The translations under genes were made by a program, and so were the position numbers. This document shows, piece by piece, positions 50,846 to 63,332 of a DNA stretch of 64,000 bases. Position 1 is the stretch's first letter. Each line of letters begins with the position of its first letter. This stretch comes from Callorhinchus milii. Lineage: Eukaryota. The DNA lies in assembly GCF_018977255.1 (NCBI RefSeq), contig NW_024704742.1:36456001-36520000 (forward strand). The letters are read 5' to 3'. The notes beneath the pieces are model-generated. The model saw only the letters and a list, made by a program, of their open reading frames with translations. It was not told where the DNA came from and did not search any database.

Positions 50846-52362
50846 CACAGACACCTCAGTAGACTTTTTCTAAAAACATCAATTAGAAATAGCCTTTGAA
50901 ATTTCAGAGCAACATATCTACTGAATTGTTCTACAGAATTTAATTTTGGTAAATGAGACACCCATTTCCTATGAGGAGAAATATAATGAGCAAGCAACTT
51001 ACTGATGTATAACCAGAAACATTACTGTATCTGGTATTTATGACTTTAATAACATCAGCATCTCTGCAACTCAGAAAATCAACAAGTTCACTGAGCTATC
51101 AGAGTTATTCATCATTTCCTGGGGAGAGAAAGCTGCATTCACATTTCACTTCAAGCTACTGAGAGATCTTCAACTAGATTGAAATCGTAACCGTTAGATG
51201 CATTAGCTTCCATTCTCCCCACCTCCTCCCAAAGCAAAAGAGCCAAACTCGAATCCTTCAATAAGAATGTGTTTTTAAAATATTTTAGTGGATATAAAAA
51301 TCCTATTTTGTTCTCCATTCCCCTGATCTTATCAAGCTGCACACTACCAAGGCATTTCAAAATGAATGGGCATGGAAGGCAACACAAACACATTTACAGC
51401 TTTAGGCTGTAAGGCAAATTTTGAAGTGCATAATTTTATTTTGTTGGAATCTGAAACAAATATAAAACAAGTCTACGTCTAGACAGAGACAGAAATTGAT
51501 GGATTTTGTAATCACAGAGAGTGGAAATTTTGGTATTCAAACAGAAGAGATTTTATCTGAACACTCATTTGAGGTCTTAGCCCATTATGTCAGTTTTGCT
51601 CGTTTTAAATTAAGGTGAATCTGACAATTTGGTTAGACTCAAATATGATGACGAATCCAGACAGGCAGTAAAAGACTATTGTTATTATTATTAGTCAAAT
51701 GGCACAGTATTTATTTTGGCATTTTTTAAATTAAAATAAGGACAGGCAGCTAAATTGTGGAAGAGGGAAGAAACCAAGCAGAACACAAAAAAATTAAAGT
51801 TTTTTTAAAAATCACTGATAAATAGTCATCTTTGAGTGAAAATCAATTGGTCAAAAAAAATTCACCAGAACATCATTTGTAAAACCCAGCAAATTTGCTG
51901 ATTTTATTCATCACCTGTAATGGTATCCACGTATCTGAAACTCGCCTTGTTGGACTGCTTGCTCCAGGAAAGCATAGAAAATACAATAAACTGGGTCTGG
52001 GAATGCCGAGTGTATTATGTTGTATTTGCCATTAAGCAGATATTCCAAAATAAACCCAGATTTTTACCGATTTACCTATGCAACCCCCCGGAAGCCACTA
52101 GGAGTGTATCTCTATTAAACATTATATATTGATGTTCAGCACAATTCATCAGCAGTACGAATGAAGAATTTGAAATGTTACTGTCAATAATGCCAATTAA
52201 GGATGACTACTGATCCAGTTTATTGGTTATAAACTGATCAATGCAATACCTTGGGTAAAATTTTCAATTTGAAATGATAGGAAATCACAGTGAAACACTG
52301 AATTGATTAAATAAAAGAATACCTCATCTGTACAACACTGAATAGGTAAAAGAATATCTCAC

Positions 52363-52524
52363 CTGGACAAAGACTTTCTGCAGCAGTGCTCGCCGCTCAC
52401 TAAGTGGCAGCTCTGTCTGAGCTGCTCCAGGAACCTCAGGCACATGTGGGAGGTCGAAGAATAGATACAGACATTTCACCAACGTGGAAGGCAAAGACAT
52501 GGTAGTCATGTAGTCCACAGTTTT
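52363..52524 (-). CDS. WDFY3: WDFY3 exon E3 (162 nt) KTVDYMTTMSLPSTLVKCLYLFFDLP...QKVFVQ
   Basis: aaacag|AAAACT ... CCAG|gtgaga; phase 0 to 0. Confidence 0.95.
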
Positions 52525-55500
52525 CTGTTTAAAATGAAAGATAATCAAAAGAGTTTTGTTACCCACATTGAACTTGAGATTTGATTGCACATTTAATTGT
52601 TATCTTCTGGAGTTTTAAGCACACTGCTCAAGACTAGTAAAACCTAGAAAAGGTAAAGCATTCATGTACGAACTAAGGCACAGAACAGTGTCCTGGCATA
52701 GCAGGACTGAATTCTCTTAGCGGGCCGGAGCCTGGTTATTTTTGGATTGCTCCATTAAGAGGCTCACACTGAAGCAGAATAATCTGTATTCTGAACAAGA
52801 AAAACTTGTGAATCTAAATTATGCATGAATCATTTGTTCACTTTTTGAGTGAGCAACAAGTATTTTGAATTCAACGTCCATCCAAAATGCCCAAGGCTGT
52901 AGACTCTTGTCACTTATCTCATTCAATCCACAGGCTTTTAAAACCAAAGTTTGGCATTACTGACAACTCCTTTTTGATGCGTCACGTTTCTGTGCTAGCT
53001 GGTGCTGTAAAGCCTGGGCCTCAGCCCTTCTCCTGAGTTCTGAATAATGTCAAACAAAAATATCGTCTGGCCTTCCTCCATCAGAGTCACCAGTTCTGCC
53101 GTTTCCATGACTCGCACTAAAATGTGACATTTCGGCTTTCAGTGCTTGCTTCCTTTTTACTGCTCCACTAAACATATTGTGACCAATGTAATAAGGCACA
53201 TTATAATCCTGGCAAATGCCAGGATTATAAATATTATTCATCGAAATTCCCTCTGCCACAACTAACCAAGAGGCTCAGCAGGCAACTTGCTCATATTTAG
53301 GAACCAGCCTTAAGAAAGGCATGTGGGGTTTCTCTAGAGAATGGTATTAAGGTGATGGGTCTTCTAACTCCCCCTCTTTTCAATGAGAAACTGTTCTGGT
53401 ACTAACTGAGCGACAGATAGTTGACAGTAAAATATCAAACAGTTTTGCTGGGGGGGGTTCCATCTCAATTCCTCCACTCACCCGCCTACTGCAACCCTTT
53501 CTCCTGATAACAGAAAAACATGTGATCAGTTCCACAGGCACTAGAAGCCTTTCCTATATCCCTTCCCCAATAGTCAGTCTTCATTCCTAAACTTGAACAG
53601 TAAGCATCAGCAAGCTATTTGACATTACAGCTGACCTAGTTCTCGCCCAGTATCCCTACACGAACAACTGCAATAGTTGGATAGCAGCAACAAGCAGGAT
53701 TTGTTCTTCTCTTCTTCCTCCTCCCCTCCCTGGATGGGGTTGGGCCAACTTGTAGCAACTCCCTCCGCAGCCCTGCTGAGATTTGCTAACACAGGCCAGG
53801 GATTGACTCTGGCTGTATGGCTTAGAGCCACACACCAGGGTGTATTTACCGACTTGAACTCCAACAGAAAATGAAATGCTGCATTGCAGTGTGTACAACT
53901 ATTTTAGGCAATGCTCAGACAAAAGAATTTAACAGAAGCATATTAATATAATAAATAATAATGCTTGTATTTGATGTAGCGCCTCATCATGTCGTTGAGA
54001 AGAGTATGGAAGACAAATGGGGATCAGGCAGCTCATGCAAAGAAAACCATCAACACTGATTTGATGGGCACAGCCTATCTGTGCATAACATTCAATCAAA
54101 TCCAATCAAATTTCATTTTATGCACTTGCAATTTAATGATGCAAACATGTGATGGGGTTTAATTGCTGAAACCAGGCAAGTTTGATAACACACTCTTGTT
54201 TATTTTAAATATTACACCAGAACTCCCTAAAACATTGACACAATAAGTAAGTTAAGCGTTTGAACAATATCCCTCTCATAAAAATCTTAAATGCAGGATT
54301 GATGGAGTTCTTCAATAAATGTAGGCTAACTCTGGTACAGCAGCTTGCTTTTGCCACCATTGAGCCCCTCACTTCTGCGTCAAAAGTAAAATATTTTTGT
54401 TTATACAAAAACATGGAGTCAAATAGATCAACCATGAGTTTACAGTAAACAAGATTGAAATACCAGATAGGCATTTTCATTGCTGTCTATGGGACGCGTT
54501 GGTGCATTGGGAAACAGTTCAATTGCATTAATGGCCCTTTCATCTCAATATGTTTAATACAATATTTAACAAATGATCTTAGCCAGACACTGCTCTTGGC
54601 AGTTTTTCAAACCATCAATGAAATAAAAATGAATTGTTAAGATTTTGCTGCTGAGATGGCCAGCTCAGCTATTCAACAATTTATATCGCTTTCTGAACAT
54701 TGCGGAAAAGTCACCAGTCAAAAAAAAATGCTGAGTGAAAAAAGATTTGTTGTGCTGAGAGGATGATTATTATTACCCCTTGTGGGGAGGTGATGTTCAG
54801 AGGTTTCATTCCACATGTGCTCACTGCCCTTGGGAACCAGCCTGTGCCCGAGCTAAATATGGTCGACTTCCATGTCATCAGCTCATCACCATTTGCTGAG
54901 CATGCACAAAGCGGGAAGTGATGTTGACTGCAACCCAATAACCTGAAAGTCGTTCATTTTCACACAAAAGCCACCTGGCGCGAGGGAAGGGAGCAAGTCA
55001 GCCGTAGGTATACATAGTGGACACGGCCCACACCCCAACTGCATTATAGCCAATTCCCAAATAAAGTAAATTATAACAAGGCAATTGAGTATAACAAGGC
55101 TTTGAATACAATTGAACTTTATACCAGTGGATCAGCAACATCCAATAAACAAGAATGTATATATATTTATATATACGCAAAATGTGGTATCTGATCGACG
55201 CAAGGCCTAGGGTGACATCCTCATGAACTGAGAAGCAAGAAAAGTGATGAAGCTCTACTTGTTTTTTAAAAAGTCAACTTTTTAAGTCTGACACCTGATG
55301 GAAATCATCAAGCTTAAGAGTATCCAAATCAGACTGAGAGATCCACATATATATGCTACCTGCAGTGTTACCTATCACCTTACACTTACATAGCATTTCA
55401 AGTAAAAAGAAACATCTCAAAAATTAGGTAAATTACAAATGAAGTACTGTTGTTAAGGAGGCAAAGACACAAGTTAATTTGCTGAAGACCAAAAAACAAG

Positions 55501-56862
55501 ACAAGTAGCCAATTCATGGGATTTTATGGGGTGAATTTGGATGAGGAGCGAATATAAGACAACATAATTTATGCACTTCAGTAAGGTTATTCTAGTGACT
55601 AGGTGTTGCAATCCTCGTGCTCTTTTACAATCCTAGGATTTGGGAATTTTAATGCCCCAAATCCCAGGGTCCTGAATCGTACCTCCTCCAGGATGCCTCC
55701 AATCATACTTCGTACAACCTTGGTATCTCGGAGAGAGCGTCCCGTCATGGGAAGGGGCCCAGGAGGTTTAAGTATATTTGCAGTATATTCTGTGAAGCAC
55801 TTTGAGATGGCTCAACGCCATGATAAGGCGTTACATCAAGTGCAAAGATTTATTAAACACCCATCCATCTGCTCTCACCTGCTCATCCTCACAACAATGG
55901 TTGGCCTGCTTCAAGCAGAGTGGAAAGACCCATCCTTCCCTCTATACAATCCCAAAATCTCTTCAATGAATCCCATAATTTTGGAGTACTATTACCATAC
56001 GGGATTCCCAGGATTACAACTGGTCCGCTATTCTTGAATGGCACAGAATTGATAACACTGGACAAAGCAGCCAGCGTTCTTCAAATTCACCGGAATTTCC
56101 ACCAAAGCTGCTGCTATACCAAACTACTGCATTTCAACCAGTTAAAGAAAACTTAGGATATGAACAAATTACCAGAATTTGAGGAAGGATGACATGCAGC
56201 TGGCTTAAAGTTCAAATGAAGCTACTACATGCTAGTCACTGCCAAAAGGACAGAGAGACAGCAAGCTGAAAGACAGGATAAATAGGAATCTACGAGAAAA
56301 GGAAAAAGCAGAAATCGTGCCCTCAGTGGGAGATATTTGTCAAGGCAAAGCCAATGATCCATATATCTGCAAGAATATTCCATTTTATAGTCTCCACAGA
56401 CAGAAGTTATAGGGATTCTGGAGTTGCCCAATTTCGATTCCAAGGTTATTTGCACTCAAAGAGCTGGCCATATTTTTCCTTCACTTAGAAAATAATGGGA
56501 ATTCATTGTTTAAATGGTACAAAACTCTTATTGCTAATGGATATCTTTGGAGTATAAATTACAAGATAAAGAATAAAAATCAAATAGAGTGGATTGCATT
56601 GTAAGGCTGCAGATTAGATGCATAAAATCCTAACTTGCCTTATAACAAAGCTGCATTAGCTGTTTACAAACACAAGAGCTCAACTGGCTGGTTGCCTTCC
56701 TTTCTGCCTTCCTTTCTACCTCAATTCACCAAATCATTTCTGCATTCTCTGTCAGTACTTCAATTTAAGGTAGAGCCAGGGAGAACACATTTTTTTCTGG
56801 AAAGCTTGCTGTTTGTCCAGCTAGGACTACCCTACTTATTAGAGGTTTTTGCTTGCAGGATT

Positions 56863-57090
56863 AACAACAACAACTTGCATTTATGTAATGCCCTTCATTC
56901 AAGTAGCATCTCAGAGTGCTTAACAGGTTTGACATTGAGCTGGAATGAGAAGGCACAGTCGACAAGAAAGTCTTCAGATGTGATTTAAAGAGGGGACAGA
57001 GGGATTGAGGAAGGGAGTTCCAGAGATTCAGAGCATAGTGTCTGAAAGCACGGCCACCAATAGTGGAGCAGAGGGAACAAGGCACGTGAA
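56863..57090 (-). mobile_element. Older L2 3' fragment
   Basis: (AAC)n followed by ttgcatttat tail; TIGGRAF...LWNSLP translation. Confidence 0.75.
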
Positions 57091-58004
57091 GAAGACAAAT
57101 GGGAACTAAGAGGGAGAAAACTCTGCTCCAGACTTAATGGCCTAAGCGTAATAAAACCAAGCTACTGCTTCAAGAATTGTTTTAAACAAGGTCTTTCAAT
57201 ATTTGAATGCAACAAACCTTTTATAAAAGCAACCAGTCTTCGCTGGGTGTGTGAATACCCAGTCGTTAATTTTAATGGCATGGATTAGTTTGCGATTTTT
57301 TATTCTCTTGTGCACCAAGCGGGCATTATATTTGTAATGCATCTTGCATGCAGCTTTCTGCTCCATTTATTGTCTCTTAAGTGCACATTACAAGAATATT
57401 TTGGTCTGCAGGATACAACAATGCTTAAGAGGTTTGGATACTCCAAAGCATGTGATGGGTTTCTGCATGTATCTGACACCTAGCTAACCAACAACAAAAA
57501 AGCATGTACCCATCTAACTTCCTGAACCATACGGCATTTATTTTGCTCAAAGACATCACAAGAAGCACAACTGCAGCCAGATCTAGAAGCTTCAGAGCCC
57601 AACAAAGCACAACCTCAGCATTTAGCCTCTTTTACACAAAAATTAAAAAATATTTCTCATCACCAATTTTCTTCATTTAAATAAACATAATAATCATTGA
57701 ATATGCAACTATTATTGGAATTTTTGTATTTGTGGAGAGGATTCTTAACTGATTTTCTCAAAATGTGAAACAATGCAACTCAATATTATTGCTGCAATAC
57801 TCTCCATTGCCTGATGTATAGGGAGAGATCAGTATCACTTATGAAAAATTGCTCCCCTACCACCACCTCCTTAAGTCTGTAGCTAACGCACAATGGGATA
57901 CTGTATGAAACATGAATGGCCAATGTGTGGAAAATGCTATTGGCAACTCTCAACAAGTTTCAACAGACCACACAACTTTTTTGTTTTCAGACTTGAAATT
58001 GTCT

Positions 58005-59320
58005 TTGGTCCTTCCTACCTCTGTGACCTGCTAACCCCATATCAACCTGTACGCTCCCTCCGCTCAGCAAGCTGTGGCCTGTGGGTCACTGCTGTGTGCA
58101 ATTGGCTGCCGCATTTAGCCCACAAAATACAGTCAATTCATTTTACAGTGTATTCTGTGAAGCGCTTTGAGATATTATTGTACATCCTAGAAATGCAAGC
58201 TCTGGGATGTACAATAGTACACCCCCCACCCATCTCGGCCCGACCCACTATCAGCGGTTGGGCCTTCAGCCCCTCTGACCCGACCCTTTGGAACAACAAC
58301 AACAACGTTCATTTATAGAGCGCCTTTCACGTCGGAAGAACGTCCCAAGGCGCTGGACAGTTGGATCGGGACCCGAGCAGGGGGGAAATGGTCAGGGTGA
58401 GGGGAGGGAAGGAAGGGAGGGAGGAGGGGGTAGAGAGTCGAGAGGGGAGCTGAAGGCACGGTCAAAGAGAAAGGTCTTGAGACCGGCCTTGAAGGAGGAA
58501 AGGGAGGAGGCGGCGAAGGCACTGGGGGATAGACTTCCAGAGCCTGGGGGCTGAGAGGCTGAAGGCCCGACCACCGATGGTAGGGCGGTTGGGGCGGGGG
58601 ATGTGGTGCAGACCGGAACCAGAGGAACGGAGGGTACGGGCAGGTAGGTAGGGGATAGTAGGTCGGAGAGGTAGGAGGGAGCGAGGCCGTGAATGGCCTT
58701 GTAGGTGAGGATGAGGATCTTGAATTCGATCCTCTGGGGATGGGGAGCCAGTGGAGGCGAGCGAGGGTGGGAGTGATGTGGTCCCGAAGCCTGGTGCGGG
58801 ACAGTATACGAGCTGCAGAGTTCTGAATGACCTGCAGCTTGTGGAGGGAGGTGCCGGGAAGGCCGGCGAGGAGAGAGTTCCCATAGTCCAGCCTTGAGGT
58901 GATAAAGGCGTGGACCAGAGTTTCAGCGGCGTGAGGGGTGAGGTAGTGCCGCAGTCTGGCGATATTCCGGAGGTGGTGGAAGGCAGTGCCAGTTGTGGCG
59001 CGGATATGAGGAAGAAAGGACAGCTCAGGGTCGAACAGAACACCAAGGTTCCTGACTGCTTTGAGAGGTGGAGAGTGCAGCCTTGGATGCTGATGCTGTC
59101 AGCGCCTGAACTCCATCCCACATTCCATTAGCCTCGCTCCCTCCCTTGCCTCCTTCAAGGCACGTCGCAAAACCCTCCTCTTCGACCGAGCCTTCGGCCA
59201 TCCTCCTACCCGCCACCCTCCATGATCCCAACCCCCCTACTCGGATCCAAATCCCTGACATTCCAGCAGCTTGGTACATCCTCCCGATGTGAAAGGTGCT
59301 ACACAAATATAATTTTGTAT
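58005..59320 (+). mobile_element. Older L2 3' fragment broken into three pieces (58005-58081, 58221-58294, 59108-59320)
   Basis: Pieces are colinear with the L2 3' region when the two inserts are removed. Confidence 0.75.
58292..59109 (-). mobile_element. L2 LINE 3' 0.8 kb, near-identical to 16060-16881, inserted antisense into an older L2
   Basis: Translations in the ORF track are almost identical to those of the 16-kb copy; (AAC)n tail at 58292; GAAC at both junctions. Confidence 0.92.
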
Positions 59321-59580
59321 TGTGTATTGGTCGAAACCACTTCAGGTATTACACATATCAATAAAAAGAAATAACACCAAGCAATCTCTGGGCAACGGTT
59401 CCTTTGGATTTAGATTTTGCTTGGTCAACAGTTTTGAGATTTTCAACACACAACTTTTTTGTTTGCAGACTTGAAATTGTCTTTGCTCCTTCCTACCTCT
59501 GTGACCTGCTAACCCCATATTTTGCAGCCCCATACTGCAAAACGTCAGGTCTTATTAAATTCCCTTGTTGTTCAACTAAC

Positions 59581-59690
59581 CTGCCCGGACGATGCCAGCA
59601 GGTTGATGGTGGTGAGAAGCATCCAACCTCTGCTCGATTCTTCACTTTGATTAATCTCCAGAAACTGAACAATGGCACGACTCGCTGCCT
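59581..59690 (-). CDS. WDFY3: WDFY3 exon E2 (110 nt) EAASRAIVQFLEINQSEESSRGWMLLTTINLLASSGQ
   Basis: ctaacag|AGGCAG ... GGCAG|gttagt; phase 1 to 0. Confidence 0.95.
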
Positions 59691-59911
59691 CTGTTAGCGA
59701 AAGGAAAAGTGGTAAATATCCATGCATCATACCCACAACCCCATTGAGGTAATATCCCCAAAAAGAGAAGCTTAACAAAATGTGGTCATTCAATCCACGA
59801 CTGTTTGTGGGACACTGCTGTGCACAATTGGCTGCCGCATTTCGCCCACAAAATACAGTCAATTCACTTTACAGTGAATTCTGTATTCTGTATTCTGTGA
59901 AGCGCTTTGAG

Positions 59912-60014
59912 ATACTATTGTACATCCCAGAAATGCAAGCTCTAGGATGTACAATAGTACATTATCTGTGTAATAATGTAGATATTTGGCACGTTCTGGG
60001 ATGTACAATAGTAT
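59912..60014. repeat. Palindromic element with 21-bp perfect terminal inverted repeat (candidate TA-flanked MITE)
   Basis: ATACTATTGTACATCCCAGAA (59912-59932) / TTCTGGGATGTACAATAGTAT (59994-60014); extra inner arm at 59941-59959. Confidence 0.8.
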
Positions 60015-60704
60015 TATAAATCTTAAGCTTCACTTAACCTGGTCTGTACTGAATCTTTTTAAGTAAAACCTCCTATTTTGTGCTCCAATAATTTATCTTA
60101 GTCTCAATCTCAGAAAAATACCTCAACCCCAGTTTTAATTTTCCCATTCAGAAACTTTCAATTACCTTTTATGCAACAATCTATGCCCAGTTCTGAACAC
60201 TTTTGTGAAACTCAAGATAAAATTGGAAGCAAAGTTCTGGGTAAAACAGATCATACAACAGTGAAAGGAAAACAAATCACAAATCTCTCAGTCATTTGTA
60301 CTGCAACGTCATTTTGTAATTAATCAAATAGTTTGTCCTATCCTCTGAATAAAGTATTTATTACACAGGGTTGGTTTAATGCTGCGTGTGTCATAATCCC
60401 CCAAGTGCATGTTGCTTAAATTAATTCTCTGCAAAACAATGTGATTAGTGAGTCTTGTGACCATTATTTTTCAGGTATGATATAGTATGGAATTTATACC
60501 CTTCATATTACACTCACTGGCTATAGTTTCAGCAGATGGGGTAATGCAATTTAACAGTTAACACATTTGGAAGCTTTATTACAAGATATAGTTCTACCTT
60601 GGCATTCTGTCAAGGTTAACCACTCATTGTGGTATCGCATTTATAACATGACCCTATTAAAACCAGTATAACCTTCCAAATAGCCATAACTAGGTGCATA
60701 ATAC

Positions 60705-60828
60705 CTGTGGATTTGTTTGAAGCTCTCCTCCTGATCTCAGTCACCATCAAACGGGAAACTTGGGCAGCAAACTGAAGAAGGTCTGAAAATTTCTCTGTCA
60801 TAGTGCCAGGAGGAGTGTTCCCAAATAC
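60705..60828 (-). CDS. WDFY3: WDFY3 exon E1 (124 nt) VFGNTPPGTMTEKFSDLLQF...RRRASNKST
   Basis: ttttcag|GTATTT ... CACAG|gtatta; phase 0 to 1. Confidence 0.95.
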
Positions 60829-61829
60829 CTGAAAACACAAAGAAATACATACTTTACAGCTGTAAATGGAGTCAGTCCCTTTAGAGGCAAAAAGTGGGAT
60901 TAACGTGAATTCTGACCAACTCTGGATCTTTCCCAAGCTTCACCATCATTCACAATAAACATTGTTGTCTCCACGCAGGCACCACAAATTTCAACACCTC
61001 GGCCACCTACCTAGCAAAATATAATGGTCTTCATTAGGACCACATTCTGTATTTCTGAAACTAGCTTAATAGTAATAATAATTATTTCATTTGATTGAGC
61101 ATCTTTTAGGTTAGGAGGACATCTCAAAGCATTTCACAGGTGCTAAAGTGCAGTGGGTGAGTATTTTGTAGTCAAACCCTCACAAAACATCTTACAATCC
61201 TCTCCATTGTAATGTCTTAAGGTTTTTTTTGCAGCAGTCTGTTTATTGCGGGTGCAAATGGTTGAAAATAAACAGACTGCTGCAAAAATAAGAGCTACCG
61301 CATTTGGAAGCTTGCCAGAAAAGTCCTTCATCTTTTCATCTTAACCTTGGTTACTGCTGCACACATTACTCAAACAAAACAAGTAACATGGATAACTAGA
61401 CTGGATATTGTTCCAGTCTGTCTAGGGATGGAGTGACCCGACCTCATCTTCCCCATGAATTCCAGTCTGCCCATTTTAATGGATGCTATCAATTACTGTT
61501 CGGCAAGTGAAATGGTCACAGACTAGCCTAACTCATTGATATTGTATTATACTGTTCAGAGTCATTAGTTATTAAGTACTAGAGATCTTGGTATTTCTTT
61601 CCCTCTTTCGCCCCACTTCTCCCCTAAAAGTTTTGACTCCAGCTGTTGTGCACTGACACAGGTCTCGGCTGGGTAAAACATCATAGTGATTTGCTTTTTC
61701 CTCTCCAAATTCCAGGGACACAAACTACTTGTCTCATCCCCCTCCCTTCCTTCTCTCCCCTGTCCCACACTTGCTGTCCTAGCCAAGATCAGCTGGCGAA
61801 CAACACTGATAAAAGATTTTGTATCTGAT

Positions 61830-63332
61830 CCATCGTAAACTTCTCCCCGTCCACTGGTACTGTTCCCACCCCGTTAAAAACATCCGTCATCACTCCTATC
61901 CTTAAAAAACGTTGGACCCATTCCCGCTCTCAAACTACCACCCCATCTCCAACCTCCCTTCCTCTCCAAGGTCCTGGAACAAGTTGTTGCTTCGCTTCGC
62001 TCCTTCCTCTCCCGCCACTCCCTTCACGAACCCCTCCAATCGGGTTTCCCTGCTGCCCACAGCACAGAAACCGCCCTGGTCAAAGTTACAAATGACATTC
62101 GGTTCATCTGCATCCAGGGCTCCCTCTACCTCCTCGTCCTCTCTGCTGCCTTCAACACCTTTGACAACTCTATCCTTATTCGCTGCCTCTCCTCTCACCT
62201 CAACCTCCACGGTTCTGTCCTTCAATGGTTCAGATCGTACCTCTCACACCGCCTCCACTTCACCTCCATAAACGGCTTTTCATCTAGCCCCCGCACTGTC
62301 TCGTGCTGCGTTCCTCAGGGCTCTATATTCTCCCTCTTGGTGACATTATCCGGAGACATGGTCAACTTCCACATGTATGCGGATGACACCCAACTCTATC
62401 TCTCTGCCTCCACCCTTGGTTCCAGGACCACTGCTGTCCTGTCAGACATCAATTCCTGGATGAGAGCGAACTTTCTTCAGTTGAACGTCAACAAGGCCGA
62501 GGCTCTCCTGATTGGCTCCCGTCAGCCCCTCCTCACCTCAGGCGCTGACAGCATCACCATCCCTGGTTGTACACTCCACCTTACTAAGCCAGTCCGGAAC
62601 CTTGGGGTCTTGTTTGACCCTCAACTATCTTCTCTACCTCACATCTGTGTCATGACCCATTCTGCCTTGCCCACCTCTGCAACATCACCCGGCACCGCCA
62701 CTGTCTCACACCGCAGACAGCCGAACCCTTCATACACTCATTCAGAACATCAAAGCTTGACTATTGCAAACTCCCTGCTTGTCGGCCTCCCCAACTCCTC
62801 CCTCCATAGACTGAAGATCATTCAGAACTCTGCAGCCCGAGTCCTCTCCTGCACCAGGCTCCGTGACCCTATCACCCCCATCCTCGCCCGACTCCACTGG
62901 CTTCCCATCACACAGAAGATACAGTTCAAGATCCTGGTCCTCATCTTCAAAGCCCTTTATTGCCTTGCTCCCTCCTACCTCTACTATCCTGCCCGTTCCC
63001 TTCGTTCAGTGGGCTCTGTCCTGCTTCACGTCCCCCGCCTCGCCCACCCCACCATTGGCGGGCGGGCCTTCTGCCACTCTGCCCCCAGCCTCTGGAACTC
63101 CATCCCACAGCCCCTCCATATCGTCTCCTCCATTGTCTCTTTGAAAACCCATTTCAAGACCCTCTTCTTCGACCGTGCTTTCGATTATCCTCCTCCACTC
63201 TTTCAATCCCTGCCCTCCACTCCCAATCCCGAGCCGTAGCTCGGGTCCGAAACATTGACTGGTTAGTGCCTTGAGACGTCCTCCCGAGTGAAAGGCGCTA
63301 TACAAATGTAATTTTGTTGTTGTTGTTGTTGT
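61830..63332 (+). mobile_element. L2 LINE, 5'-truncated, degenerate RT (related subfamily)
   Basis: [23 protein letters not shown] and LHWLPI motifs; tail gaaaggcgctatacaaatg followed by (TTG)n. Confidence 0.92.

Larger units (their letters stand above)
381..60828 (-). other. WDFY3: WDFY3/ALFY gene, partial (25 coding exons; N-terminal ARM/HEAT-like region and ConA-like domain); extends beyond both window ends
   Basis: Spliced translation is colinear with recalled human WDFY3 (~aa 61-1585). All 24 internal introns are GT-AG with matching phases. Exon sum is 4580 nt. Confidence 0.97.

Noticed and set aside
381-60828. Minor-spliceosome (U12) or GC-AG introns; missing or pseudogenised exons
   Set aside because: All donors are ordinary GT without the GTATCCTT signature. 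Every expected segment was found in frame, including six exons absent from the ORF track.
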